This document shows positions 45,610 through 54,472 of a DNA stretch of 64,000 nucleotides, one piece after another. The stretch is from an uncultured Clostridia bacterium (GTDB lineage Bacteria; Bacillota; Clostridia; Oscillospirales; CAG-272): the NCBI GenBank assembly GCA_937884385.1, contig CALGCW010000123.1:580-64579 (forward strand), in the 5' to 3' direction. Each line of letters opens with the position of its first letter. Positions within the stretch are counted from its first letter, which is position 1. Under the pieces are notes generated by a model that did no database searches, was not told the origin of the DNA, and worked only from the letters and a program-made list of their open reading frames with translations. The position numbers and the translations under genes are program-made.

Positions 45610-45629
45610 TTGTCAAATTTATTTGACAA
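45610..45629. promoter_or_regulatory. Perfect 20-bp palindrome, candidate operator
   Basis: TTGTCAAAT-tt-ATTTGACAA lies in the divergent intergenic region between the deacetylase gene and the 45707 membrane protein gene. Confidence 0.3.
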
Positions 45630-45706
45630 ATAATTAACTTTTAATTGAACATTTTGCTGTATAATTAAGGCACAAGAAGTATTATTAAATTGAAAGGAGA
45701 ATAATT

Positions 45707-46345
45707 ATGTCAAAATACAATATTTTTGCATTGATCCTTGTTATGGTTGTAGTTTCTCTTATTGGCTTTTGCGTGGAAAACGTTTTCATTAGTTTTTCGG
45801 TAGGTTATATGAATAACCGCAATATGGTACTACCTTTTCTTTGGGGCTACGGCTTGGGAATTTTGGCACTTCTTTTGCTTTTCGGAACTCCCGATGCCCC
45901 TAGGTTTATATCAAAAGAGCTTAATTTTGCCTCACCAATAGGCGGTATAGTGTACTATTTCTGTGTTTCATTCATATGCGTCAGCTTGGGCGAGATGATC
46001 TTGGGACATTTGATCGAATATACCTGTGACATTATCTGGTGGGATTATACAAGGATTCCTCTGAACATTACAAAATACACATCCGTGCCCACAAGCCTCG
46101 GCTTTGCATCCTTGATAACAGTCTTTATGAAGTACTGCTTTGAGCCTCTTATTTCTGCATTTTCAAGAATGAATCCCCAGGCTCTTCGCGTACTGGCTAT
46201 CTGCTTTGTAGTGGCACTGAGTATAGATATGCTCAACAGCTTGCTTTATATGATAACAAATCATAATACACTCGAGATCTGGCGAATAACCTTCTCAAAC
46301 AATCCCAAAACAGCAATAAAAGCTCTCTTTTTACGCAATTGTTAA
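45707..46345 (+). CDS. Polytopic membrane protein (resembles 'putative ABC-transporter type IV'/DUF1113 family)
   Basis: It has RBS GAAAGGAG and about 6 hydrophobic helices. The N-terminal pattern (GFCVENVF...NRNMVLPFLWGYGLG) is reminiscent of PF06541-type proteins, but the call is tentative. Confidence 0.55.
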   Translation: MSKYNIFALILVMVVVSLIGFCVENVFISFSVGYMNNRNMVLPFLWGYGLGILALLLLFGTPDAPRFISKELNFASPIGGIVYYFCVSFICVSLGEMILGHLIEYTCDIIWWDYTRIPLNITKYTSVPTSLGFASLITVFMKYCFEPLISAFSRMNPQALRVLAICFVVALSIDMLNSLLYMITNHNTLEIWRITFSNNPKTAIKALFLRNC

Positions 46346-46406
46346 CAAGTGTTAACAATTATTGACTTGTTAATTCTCAAAAAATATGTTATAATAGGAG
46401 GAAATA

Positions 46407-46961
46407 ATGAAAAATATTGCCAATATGCTGACTTTTTCCAGAATAATCCTTGCGATAGTTCTGCTTCTGTGCTTTAAGGAAGTGACGCTTGCGTTTATCG
46501 TGATATATTTCATAGCAGAGCTTACGGATATGGTCGACGGAACAATCGCACGCAAAACAGGCTCTTCTTCAAGTCTTGGATCATTGCTTGATTCAATTGC
46601 CGATTTTCTTCTTTATTCTTCCTTAATAAAGATCGTCTTTACCTTAAGGTTGATCAGAAGAAAATATGCAATATGGCTTGTCTGCTCACTTCTGATAGGT
46701 CTTTTATCGCCGATAATCAACTATATCAGGCACAAAAAGGTATTTTTTATCCATTCGGTAAGCTGCAAGCTTTGCGGAGGCGGATTGCTCCTTGTCCCGT
46801 TTGCAATTTACTTCGGCTTTTTTGAACCGTACTTGGTATTTATGCTGACCATTATGACATTCGCTTTGATCGAGCTCGTGATAATCAGCATCTTTTTAGA
46901 AGAACCCGATCCCAACGTCAGAGGCATCCTTTCATTAGTCAAGAATAGAAAAACAGTATAA
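46407..46961 (+). CDS. CDP-alcohol phosphatidyltransferase family protein
   Basis: The full family motif DMVDGTIARKTGSSSSLGSLLDSIAD (DxxDGxxAR...G...D...D) is present. RBS is TAGGAGG. Confidence 0.8.
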   Translation: MKNIANMLTFSRIILAIVLLLCFKEVTLAFIVIYFIAELTDMVDGTIARKTGSSSSLGSLLDSIADFLLYSSLIKIVFTLRLIRRKYAIWLVCSLLIGLLSPIINYIRHKKVFFIHSVSCKLCGGGLLLVPFAIYFGFFEPYLVFMLTIMTFALIELVIISIFLEEPDPNVRGILSLVKNRKTV

Positions 46962-46981
46962 ACTCTCAAAAGGAGACGTAT

Positions 46982-47653
46982 ATGTTAAAAATATTAATTG
47001 CAGAGGACGATAGAGAGCTTCGCCAGCTTTTTTCTCACGTTCTCACCAAAAACGGATACCTCACTCGCGGCGTTTCAAACGGATGTGAAGCACTTGAGGC
47101 TCTCGACAAGGACTATTATGACCTTATCATATCGGACATAATGATGCCCGAGGTAGATGGATACGAGCTTATCAGATCATTGCGCTCGTCGGGAAATAAT
47201 ACTCCCGTTTTGATAATTACCGCTAAGGATGCCTTTGATGATATGCGGCAGGGCTTCAGCTCCGGTACGGATGATTATATGGTCAAGCCCATCAATATCA
47301 ACGAGATGCTTTTGCGTGTGGGTGCTTTGCTTCGCAGAGCGCAGATGATAAATGACAGAAAGCTCATATTCGGCAAGACCATTCTTGAGCTTGATTCCCT
47401 CTCCGTTTATACAGAGAGCGAGAATTTCATTCTTCCGCAGAAGGAATTTATGCTTCTTTATAAGATGGCTTCCTATCCCGGCAAGATATTCACTCGCCAT
47501 CAGCTTATGGACGAGATCTGGGGCTACGATAACGAAAGTGATACTCACACCGTCGACGTACATATAGCAAGACTCCGTGAAAGATTTAAAAACAATACGG
47601 ACTTTAAGATCATCACTATGCGCGGTGTAGGATATAAGGTGGTCAAGCAATGA
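46982..47653 (+). CDS. OmpR-family response regulator
   Basis: A receiver domain (ILIAEDD...DLIISDIMMPEVDG...) is followed by a winged-helix output domain (FTRHQLMDEIWG...TVDVHIARLR...GVGYKV). Confidence 0.9.
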   Translation: MLKILIAEDDRELRQLFSHVLTKNGYLTRGVSNGCEALEALDKDYYDLIISDIMMPEVDGYELIRSLRSSGNNTPVLIITAKDAFDDMRQGFSSGTDDYMVKPININEMLLRVGALLRRAQMINDRKLIFGKTILELDSLSVYTESENFILPQKEFMLLYKMASYPGKIFTRHQLMDEIWGYDNESDTHTVDVHIARLRERFKNNTDFKIITMRGVGYKVVKQ

Positions 47654-48753
47654 GCGATCAAAAGCACTTTTTCCAGAAAAAAGAGGCAAAAAAAGAGCCA
47701 GCAAAAGAAAAAGAAATATTTCAAGAGATCAGAAAGCTCCGTCAAAGAGTCACTCTTCGAATAAGACTTATAATCTTTGTCACACTTGAGCTTCTTATCA
47801 GCTTGCTTTTGGCTCTTGGCGTCGACGCCCTTCTTGCTTTTATTCTCGGTGAGCTTTGGACCTTCCCGACTATCATCGAGCTTGGCATCATCGGTATCCT
47901 CGTTGGCATATTCACGACGTATCTTCTCTCCAACTGGCTCATAGACCCCATCAATAACGTCGGTCCCGCAATGGAAAAGATCGCAGACGGCGACTATAGC
48001 GTAAGACTCAAGACAAGAAATAAGTCAAAGGAGATCCAAGAGATTTATTCCGGCTTTAATATGATGGCGCAGGAGCTTGAATCTACCGAGATAATACAAA
48101 CGGACTTTATCTCCAACGTTTCCCACGAGTTTAAAACACCTATCAGTGCAATAGAAGGCTATTCCATGCTCCTTCAGGATAACGATAACCTTACAAAGGA
48201 CCAAAAGACCTACGTTGCAAAAATCATTTATAATACCAAACGCCTTTCACAGCTTACTACAAGTATACTTCTGCTTTCCAAGCTTGAAAATCAGTCGATA
48301 GTTTCAAACAGGACTCCGTTTGCCCTCGACGAGCAGATAAGACAGTCCATTCTTGCCTTTGAAAACGAATGGAACAAAAAGGATATCGACTTTGATATCG
48401 ACCTTGACGAGGCTACCTACACCGGAAATGAAGCTTTGATGCATCATATCTGGGATAATCTTATAAGCAACGCGGTCAAGTTCACACCGCGCGGCGGGCA
48501 GATCGATATATATTTAAAAGCACTTGAGGATTGTCTTGTTTTCACGATCTCCGACGAAGGCCCCGGCATCGCAGAGGAATCTCAAAAATACATCTTCGAT
48601 AAATTCTACCAGGGCGACTCCTCACATAAGCAAAAGGGCAACGGTCTCGGTCTTGCACTTGCGAAAAAGATCGTCGACCTAGAGGGTGGCTCGATCTCGG
48701 TTGAAAATAACCCCGATTTTGGTTGTACATTTACCGTAATTCTTAAAAAATAA
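47650..48753 (+). CDS. Sensor histidine kinase (2 TM, HAMP, HisKA, HATPase_c)
   Basis: H-box SHEFKTPISAIEGY, N-box WDNLISNAVKF and G-boxes DEGPGI and GNGLGLALAKKIV are present. It overlaps the regulator gene by 4 nt. Confidence 0.9.
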   Translation: MSDQKHFFQKKEAKKEPAKEKEIFQEIRKLRQRVTLRIRLIIFVTLELLISLLLALGVDALLAFILGELWTFPTIIELGIIGILVGIFTTYLLSNWLIDPINNVGPAMEKIADGDYSVRLKTRNKSKEIQEIYSGFNMMAQELESTEIIQTDFISNVSHEFKTPISAIEGYSMLLQDNDNLTKDQKTYVAKIIYNTKRLSQLTTSILLLSKLENQSIVSNRTPFALDEQIRQSILAFENEWNKKDIDFDIDLDEATYTGNEALMHHIWDNLISNAVKFTPRGGQIDIYLKALEDCLVFTISDEGPGIAEESQKYIFDKFYQGDSSHKQKGNGLGLALAKKIVDLEGGSISVENNPDFGCTFTVILKK

Positions 48754-48859
48754 TAGAGGAGCTGTCTCCATTCAGATGAAGAAGGCGCTTTCTTCGCTCC
48801 GTGAGGCATACAAAGGCATGTTGGGAAGCGAAAAACTTATAAAAAGCCACATAAAAACG

Positions 48860-48889
48860 AAAAGAGGTTCATTTTGAACCTCTTTTTTC
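48860..48889. terminator. Bidirectional rho-independent terminator
   Basis: Stem AAGAGGTTCA / TGAACCTCTT is flanked by an A-run and a T-run, between the kinase (+) and recR (-) gene ends. Confidence 0.6.
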
Positions 48890-48965
48890 ATTAAATAACC
48901 AAATATTTAAGCAATTTGCGTTTTAAACGTTCGGTGGCTTTTGTTCTTTGCTAAATGAGACGCTC

Positions 48966-49568
48966 CTATTTAATATCTCTTCTTCCCTCAATTGCGCGAT
49001 AAAGCGTCACTTCATCAGCGTATTCAAGATCACTTCCGACGGGAATGCCGTATGCAAGTCTCGTTATCTTGAGTCCGAATGGGCTGAGTAAACGGGAAAT
49101 ATACATAGCAGTTGCCTCTCCCTCTACCGTCGGGTTCGTGGCAAGGATTATCTCCTTTACCTCATCACCCGAAAGACGGGCAAGAAGCTCTCTTATTTTG
49201 AGCTTGTCGGGCGTAATGCCGTTCATAGGCGAGATAACGCCGTGAAGCACGTGATAAAGACCGCGGTATTCACGAACCTTTTCCATTGACCCTACCGCCT
49301 TAGTATCCTCAAGCACCATAATAGTGCTCTTATCGCGGCTGACGTCATTGCAGACGGAGCAGACCTCCTTGTCTGTAAGGCTTTGACACACGGGGCAAAG
49401 ATGGACCCTTTCCTTAGCGTCAAGAATAGTTTCCGCAAATTCCTTTGCCTCCTCGTCAGAAAGCTCAAGGATCGAGAATGCAAGGCGCATCGCGCTCTTT
49501 TTGCCTATACCCGGCAAACGTGCAAATTGCTCTGCAAGCCTGTCAAGGGATTCAATATGCTCCGCCAT
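48966..49568 (-). CDS. recR: Recombination protein RecR
   Basis: An HhH motif (LPGIGKKSAMRLAF), a C4 zinc finger (CPVCQSLTDKEVCSVC) and a Toprim domain are present. Confidence 0.95.
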   Translation of the reverse strand: MAEHIESLDRLAEQFARLPGIGKKSAMRLAFSILELSDEEAKEFAETILDAKERVHLCPVCQSLTDKEVCSVCNDVSRDKSTIMVLEDTKAVGSMEKVREYRGLYHVLHGVISPMNGITPDKLKIRELLARLSGDEVKEIILATNPTVEGEATAMYISRLLSPFGLKITRLAYGIPVGSDLEYADEVTLYRAIEGRRDIK

Positions 49569-49569
49569 A

Positions 49570-49917
49570 TCAGAACAAATTGGGCATACTCATTGAGCCC
49601 GTAATAGATTGCATCTCTTTTTCGTTAACGTCATTGACCCTTTTGATCGCCTCGTTAACTGCGGCAACAAGAATATCCGAAAGAGTTTCGATATCATCGG
49701 GATCAACGATATCGGGGTCGATATCTATGGAAAGTATCTCTCTTTTGCCGTTTATCTTAACACCTACGACACCGCCGCCTGCGCTTACTTCGTATTCTCT
49801 TTCATCAAGCTCTGCCTGCTTTGCAGCCATATCCTCCTGCATCTTCTGCGCCTGCTTGATCATTGCGTTGATATTGCTTGGGCCTCCACCCATACCGTTA
49901 GGAATTCTTGCTTTCAT
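49570..49917 (-). CDS. ybaB: Nucleoid-associated protein YbaB/EbfC
   Basis: QAQKMQEDMAAKQAEL...SAGGGVV.VKINGK is typical of YbaB. The ATG at 49917 has AAAGGA upstream. It lies between dnaX and recR, the conserved arrangement. Confidence 0.85.
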   Translation of the reverse strand: MKARIPNGMGGGPSNINAMIKQAQKMQEDMAAKQAELDEREYEVSAGGGVVGVKINGKREILSIDIDPDIVDPDDIETLSDILVAAVNEAIKRVNDVNEKEMQSITGSMSMPNLF

Positions 49918-49945
49918 TTTTATATATCCTTTCAATTATTCACTG

Positions 49946-51565
49946 TTAAAAATCGTCAAGATCACTCAGATCATCCTCAACTATGACCTTGCCGTTATCG
50001 ATATCATAAACGATGTCTGCTTCTGTGAAGGGTCTTTCAAGAAGTCCCGTAAGAGACGCCGCTATCGCCCTCTTTATGGGCGCTCGGTCGATCGCGAAGA
50101 GCGAGACCGAATCCGTAAGAACGTGAAGCTTGCCGTCGGCATCCGAAAAATAAGCTCTCGTCTTTTTCAAGAACGCATACGCGCTCACGTCAAGGCTTTG
50201 AAGTGCCTGTACTACCTCACTCCAGCATTTAAGCTGCTTTACGGCAAGCGCACCGGGAGCCGATACCTTCTTGGGAGCGACCCTTTTCTCCTCGGGCTCA
50301 AATACTACCTTTTTCTCTTGCTTGAGATCTGTTCCCTTCTCATCGGAAACAGGAGCAGGAGCTTTTTTAACTTCCGCCTTCTTATCACTCGGCGTTTCGG
50401 AGCTTAACACAGCATTTCCCGAAGCGATCTTTGCTTCAAGTCGCGCAATGCGTGATAGCAAGGCCTCGTTTGAGGTGTTGAGACTGTCATCACACATTTT
50501 CACAAAGCAAAGCTCTGCAATTATCCTCTTGACCGCACCGCTTGCCTGCATAGAAGCGAGCGCTTCCTCAAGCATTCTGCAATGATAGATAAGAGTCTCC
50601 CTTGAGAATCTTTCCGCAAGTGATGTGAGCTGATTGTATTCAAAATCCGTAAGATCAAGATACCTTGCGCTTTCCTTGACCGTTTTAACTATCAGAATGT
50701 CTCTGTAAAGTGAGATAAGGTCCTGCCAGAAAACCGTGATATCCTTTGAGGAAGTGACGACCGCATCGATCTCGCCGAAAAGAAGATCGAAGTTTTTGCT
50801 TGCGATCGCACCCGCGATCTCCATCATTCTCTCTCTTCCCGCAGAGCCAACAGTTTCATTAACGAGATCTCTGTCGACCTTCGCACCGCCGGATGCACAA
50901 AGCTCAAGAAGACTTATACTGTCACGCATACCGCCCTGTGAATAACGAGCGATAAGGCGCGCAGCATCATCGGTGATCTCAATACCCTCCTGCTCTGCAA
51001 TATACTTTACGCGAGAGGTGAGAACGTCAGTTGCTATCCTTCTGAATTCAAAGCGCTGGCATCTTGAAACGATGGTCGCAGGCAGCTTGTGAAGCTCGGT
51101 AGTGGCAAGAATGAATATCGCGTGTGAGGGGGGCTCTTCAAGCGTTTTAAGCAGAGCGTTAAAAGCGCTGTTTGAGAGCATATGGACCTCGTCCACGATA
51201 TAGACCCTGTATTTAAGAAATGACGGTGAATAGATAACCTCATCACGAATGTCACGGATGTTATCAACACCGTTGTTGGAGGCTGCGTCCATTTCAAGAA
51301 CGTCAGTAGTCGAGCCACTTTCAATTGCAAGGCACGAGGGGCAAGCACCGCAGGGGTTGCCGTCGATAACGTTCTCGCAGTTGACAACCTTGGAAAGGAT
51401 CTTTGCACAGGTCGTCTTACCCGTACCGCGTGAACCGCAGAAAAGATATGCGTGGTTGAATCTTCCTTCACTTGCCTCCTGCTTCAAAATAGAGGTTATA
51501 TGCTCCTGACCGCATACCTCGGAAAAATTCTTCGGTCTCCATTTTCTGTATAAAGCCTGATGCAT
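49946..51565 (-). CDS. dnaX: DNA polymerase III subunits gamma/tau
   Basis: ALYRKWRPKNF, Walker A GSRGTGKTT, the zinc module CGACPSC and Walker B VDEVHML are present. The ATG at 51565 has a perfect AAAGGAGG upstream. Confidence 0.9.
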   Translation of the reverse strand: MHQALYRKWRPKNFSEVCGQEHITSILKQEASEGRFNHAYLFCGSRGTGKTTCAKILSKVVNCENVIDGNPCGACPSCLAIESGSTTDVLEMDAASNNGVDNIRDIRDEVIYSPSFLKYRVYIVDEVHMLSNSAFNALLKTLEEPPSHAIFILATTELHKLPATIVSRCQRFEFRRIATDVLTSRVKYIAEQEGIEITDDAARLIARYSQGGMRDSISLLELCASGGAKVDRDLVNETVGSAGRERMMEIAGAIASKNFDLLFGEIDAVVTSSKDITVFWQDLISLYRDILIVKTVKESARYLDLTDFEYNQLTSLAERFSRETLIYHCRMLEEALASMQASGAVKRIIAELCFVKMCDDSLNTSNEALLSRIARLEAKIASGNAVLSSETPSDKKAEVKKAPAPVSDEKGTDLKQEKKVVFEPEEKRVAPKKVSAPGALAVKQLKCWSEVVQALQSLDVSAYAFLKKTRAYFSDADGKLHVLTDSVSLFAIDRAPIKRAIAASLTGLLERPFTEADIVYDIDNGKVIVEDDLSDLDDF

Positions 51566-51595
51566 AATTGACCTCCTTTGAAAAATATACGAAAA

Positions 51596-51900
51596 GCCGC
51601 GAATTAAGACCATACACCTTAAGATCGAACGTCACCCCTATGCGACGAACGTATCTCCTGCTCAAAGCAGGCACCCTCGCGGCACATCGGAGAGACTGCT
51701 TAGTGCTGCTTGGTTCCCCACCTGACACATTTCACAATTTCCGATTGCGCAAGACCCACTTCTCAACACAGCAGAATACGACACAGACCATAAAAGCTCA
51801 GCCCTCAAAAAAGGAATGAACCCCTGCTGTAGCGGATTTCAGGTACAGGGCTCCGCTAATTCCCCGGCTGGTATGGCCTTAATTCGTGGCTTTTTCATTA
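51596..51900 (-). ncRNA. ffs: Signal recognition particle RNA (large, Bacillus-type scRNA/ffs)
   Basis: The minus strand contains the domain IV core ATGTGTCAGGTGGGGAACCAAGCAGCACTAAG...GATGTGCCGCGAGGGTGCCTG and the Alu-domain block CCCTGTACCTGAAATCCGCTACAGCAGGGG. Both align by eye with B. subtilis scRNA. Terminal helix GCCACGAATTAAGGCC / GGTCTTAATTCGCGGC is followed by TTTT. It sits just upstream of dnaX as in Bacillus. The ends are approximate. Confidence 0.85.
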
Positions 51901-51907
51901 CTAATAT

Positions 51908-51936
51908 ATTATAGCAGATTATCATAGATTTTGCAA
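51908..51936 (-). promoter_or_regulatory. Putative sigma-A-type promoter of the SRP RNA gene
   Basis: On the minus strand, TTGCAA (51936-51931), a 17-nt spacer, then TATAAT (51913-51908). Confidence 0.5.
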
Positions 51937-52016
51937 GTCATTTTTCAGATTTTCTTTAAACTTTAAAAGATATTTTCATATACTGAAAATTGAAGTATTT
52001 TTGTAAGGAGAAAGCT

Positions 52017-52427
52017 ATGAATGAAGACAATATAAACGGTTATCTCATCGTGCGTGTTTCAACTGCAAGCAGTGCGATCCCCATTGAGGGTGCAAGCGTG
52101 ATCGTTCAAGGGCAGGATGAGGGAAATCAAGGTGTCCTGTACTCATTTCTGACGAATGCGGACGGCTTGACCCCAAGGATAACCTTGCCAAGCGTCAGCG
52201 TTGATCTTTCCACGTCTCCAATGCCATCTCAGACACCGTATTCTACGTATACGGTGGATGTCTATAAGGAGGGCTACTACCAACAGCATTATATCAACGT
52301 GCCCATATTTGAAGGTGTCACGGCCGTACAGAATGCGGAGATAATCCCCTTGAGCGAATATGGGGGCGATTCTCCATTTACGGCAAACGGTCAGACCTTC
52401 ACCGAATATGAGAATCCGAATTTATAA
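52017..52427 (+). CDS. Stand-alone homolog of the SleC N-terminal prepeptide domain
   Basis: 136 aa with RBS AAGGAG. GYLIVRVSTASSAIPIEGASVIV...LYSFLTNADGLT...PYSTYTVDVYKEGYY...VTAVQN aligns by eye with the N-terminal ~110 aa of clostridial pre-pro-SleC as I recall it. Confidence 0.6.
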   Translation: MNEDNINGYLIVRVSTASSAIPIEGASVIVQGQDEGNQGVLYSFLTNADGLTPRITLPSVSVDLSTSPMPSQTPYSTYTVDVYKEGYYQQHYINVPIFEGVTAVQNAEIIPLSEYGGDSPFTANGQTFTEYENPNL

Positions 52428-52441
52428 GGAAAGGAGTATTT

Positions 52442-53842
52442 ATGCCCAGCCTACCGACCATTCCCGAATACATAACCGTTCATCTCGGCGCGCCCGATAC
52501 GCCCGCCCAGAACGTCACACTTCCCTTTAGCGAATACATTGCAAATGTGGCTTCAAGCGAGATATACCCCACTTGGCCAGAAAGCGCGATAAGAGCTAAT
52601 ATTTACTCTCAGATATCCTTCGCGTTGAATAGAGTTTATACCGAATTCTACCGTTCAAGAGGATATGATTTCGATATTACCAATTCAACCGCCTACGATC
52701 AAAGCTTCGTATACGGAAGGAATATATTTGAAAATATCGAAAGGATCGTTTCTGAGATATTTAATTCCTATATTAGAAGGCAAGGAAATATTGAGCCTCT
52801 GTTTGCCGCCTACTGCGACGGCATTGAGGTTAGCTGCAACGGTCTGTCACAATGGGGCAGCGTTTCGCTCGCAAACGAAGGATATACCCCCTACGATATT
52901 TTGACCTACTATTATGGCAATGATATCAACATAATAAGAGACGTTTCAGTTGACGGCGCACCCATAAGCGCCCCAACCTTTCCGCTTTCGATAGGCTCAA
53001 CGGGAGATAAAGTCAGAACACTTCAATTGCGCCTGAACAGGATATCGGATAACTATCCGTCAATTCCAAAGGTAGCACGCATCGACGGTATTTTTTCCAA
53101 TGATACCGATGAAGCGGTGCGAAGCTTTCAAGAGGTTTTCGGACTCTCGCCCGACGGAATAGTGGGCAATGCGACCTGGTATACCGTCAACCGTATCTAT
53201 AATGCGGTAAAACGCCTGAACGAGCTAGACAGCGAAGGAATTCGCCTTGACGAGGTCACCAAGCAATACCCCGGCACTCTATCTCTTGGCTCGCAGGGAC
53301 TCGGAGTAAGCAACCTACAGTATTTTTTGGCATATTTGTCCGATTTTTACTCCACGATACCGCCGCTTGAGATCGACTCCGTGTTTGGAAACCAAACGCG
53401 TGAAGCAGTCTTAGCGGCTCAGAGGACATTTGGACTAACTGCCGACGGAATAGTGGGTGAGCAGACCTGGAATGCTATCTACGACGCTTACAGAGGCATC
53501 GTAGACACGATCCCCCGCGAGTACATCGAGGGGCAGGTGCTTCCCTATCCGGGCACACCGCTTCGTGTGGGGTCCGACAATGATAACGTACTCCTTTTAC
53601 AGCAATATCTCAACGTAATTGCTGACGTCTACCCGGAGGTCAACCCCGTCTCTCTGACGGGATATTTCGGTACTCAGACGGAGAACGCAGTGATCGCAGT
53701 CCAACGCTTATCGGGTATCGATCCAAGCGGTGTCGTTGCCGCCCCCACCTGGGATGCCGTCACATCCTTGTACAGTGATATCGTCATAGGCTCACGAATG
53801 ACACACGGTCAGTACCCGGGCTTTGAGATCGGAGGTGAATAA
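52442..53842 (+). CDS. SleC-like spore cortex-lytic enzyme core with three PG_binding_1 repeats
   Basis: IPEYITVHLG..., YIANVASSEIYPTWPE, ISFALNRVYTEFYRSRGYDFDITNSTAYDQ and AAYCDG...SQWGS match my recollection of the SleC catalytic region. Three repeats of the type G..V..LQ..LN......P....DG.FG..T..AV..FQ...GL..DGIVG..TW follow. Confidence 0.7.
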   Translation: MPSLPTIPEYITVHLGAPDTPAQNVTLPFSEYIANVASSEIYPTWPESAIRANIYSQISFALNRVYTEFYRSRGYDFDITNSTAYDQSFVYGRNIFENIERIVSEIFNSYIRRQGNIEPLFAAYCDGIEVSCNGLSQWGSVSLANEGYTPYDILTYYYGNDINIIRDVSVDGAPISAPTFPLSIGSTGDKVRTLQLRLNRISDNYPSIPKVARIDGIFSNDTDEAVRSFQEVFGLSPDGIVGNATWYTVNRIYNAVKRLNELDSEGIRLDEVTKQYPGTLSLGSQGLGVSNLQYFLAYLSDFYSTIPPLEIDSVFGNQTREAVLAAQRTFGLTADGIVGEQTWNAIYDAYRGIVDTIPREYIEGQVLPYPGTPLRVGSDNDNVLLLQQYLNVIADVYPEVNPVSLTGYFGTQTENAVIAVQRLSGIDPSGVVAAPTWDAVTSLYSDIVIGSRMTHGQYPGFEIGGE

Positions 53843-54376
53843 ATGTCTCGCCACCTTACAGAAAGAGATGCTATAAGAAATCTTCAGACCTACCTTCGGG
53901 CGCAGGTACTCACCGACCCCTCTTTTCCGAGAGTTCCACTCGACGGTATATACGGTGAGAAAACAAAAAACGCGGTCAAATACTTTCAAGCAAAGAATTC
54001 TCTTGAAGCAACGGGGATAGTCAACAGAGAAACGTGGGATATGCTTTATTTGCAATATTCTGAAATAGTAAACGACAATGCTCTCTCCGCCCCCATCATT
54101 CCCTTTCCGTCCTATCCGAAGGGGTATAGGATCACCCGGAATACACAAAGCTTCCTTGTTTCACTGGTGCAATATATGATAAACGAGATCGTTCTCGTAT
54201 ATAATTTTCTGCCCGCACTTGCCATTGACGGCTTTTACGGACCGGAAACTGAATCCGCAGTAAAAGATATACAGGCAAGAAACGGACTTGAGCAAACGGG
54301 AGAGGTAGACAAAGCCACTTGGGCAGTTCTCAGCAGAATATTCAATTTTTCCACCCATTATCTTGAGCAAAACTAA
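53843..54376 (+). CDS. Peptidoglycan-binding domain protein (two PG_binding_1 repeats)
   Basis: The ATG abuts the upstream stop and GGAGGTG lies upstream. The two repeats are LQTYLR...DGIYGEKTKNAVKYFQAKNSLEATGIVNRETW and DGFYGPETESAVKDIQARNGLEQTGEVDKATW. Confidence 0.7.
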   Translation: MSRHLTERDAIRNLQTYLRAQVLTDPSFPRVPLDGIYGEKTKNAVKYFQAKNSLEATGIVNRETWDMLYLQYSEIVNDNALSAPIIPFPSYPKGYRITRNTQSFLVSLVQYMINEIVLVYNFLPALAIDGFYGPETESAVKDIQARNGLEQTGEVDKATWAVLSRIFNFSTHYLEQN

Positions 54377-54472
54377 ATAATAAGCGAAATCGCGGTCTAA
54401 AATATATATGCACCAAGCGAAGACATCTCGGTTATGTCAAAAGGTGATATATATAGAAAAAGGAATATACGA

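Noticed and set aside
48776-48877. 33-codon ORF (MKKALSSLREAYKGML...) downstream of the histidine kinase
   Set aside because: The putative SD is about 14 nt from the ATG, which is too far. The ORF runs into the terminator stem, and I have no supporting features.
50363-50368. A6 run (minus strand GTT AAA AAA GCT) in dnaX as a possible gamma/tau frameshift site
   Set aside because: The run is in XXX YYY phase rather than the X XXY YYZ slippery phase used in E. coli dnaX. I see no downstream stem-loop, and six A residues is short for transcriptional slippage.
49445-50407. 320-aa plus-strand ORF rich in S/L/I/P
   Set aside because: It is antisense to recR, ybaB and dnaX simultaneously, and its low-complexity translation is typical of a shadow frame.
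54377-54472. Possible CtsR operator (GGTCAAA repeats) upstream of clpC
   Set aside because: Only partial matches are present (GGTCTAAA, TGTCAAAAGGTGA), without the heptad-3nt-heptad spacing. No ctsR/mcsAB genes lie upstream. I also saw no CIRCE element upstream of lon.
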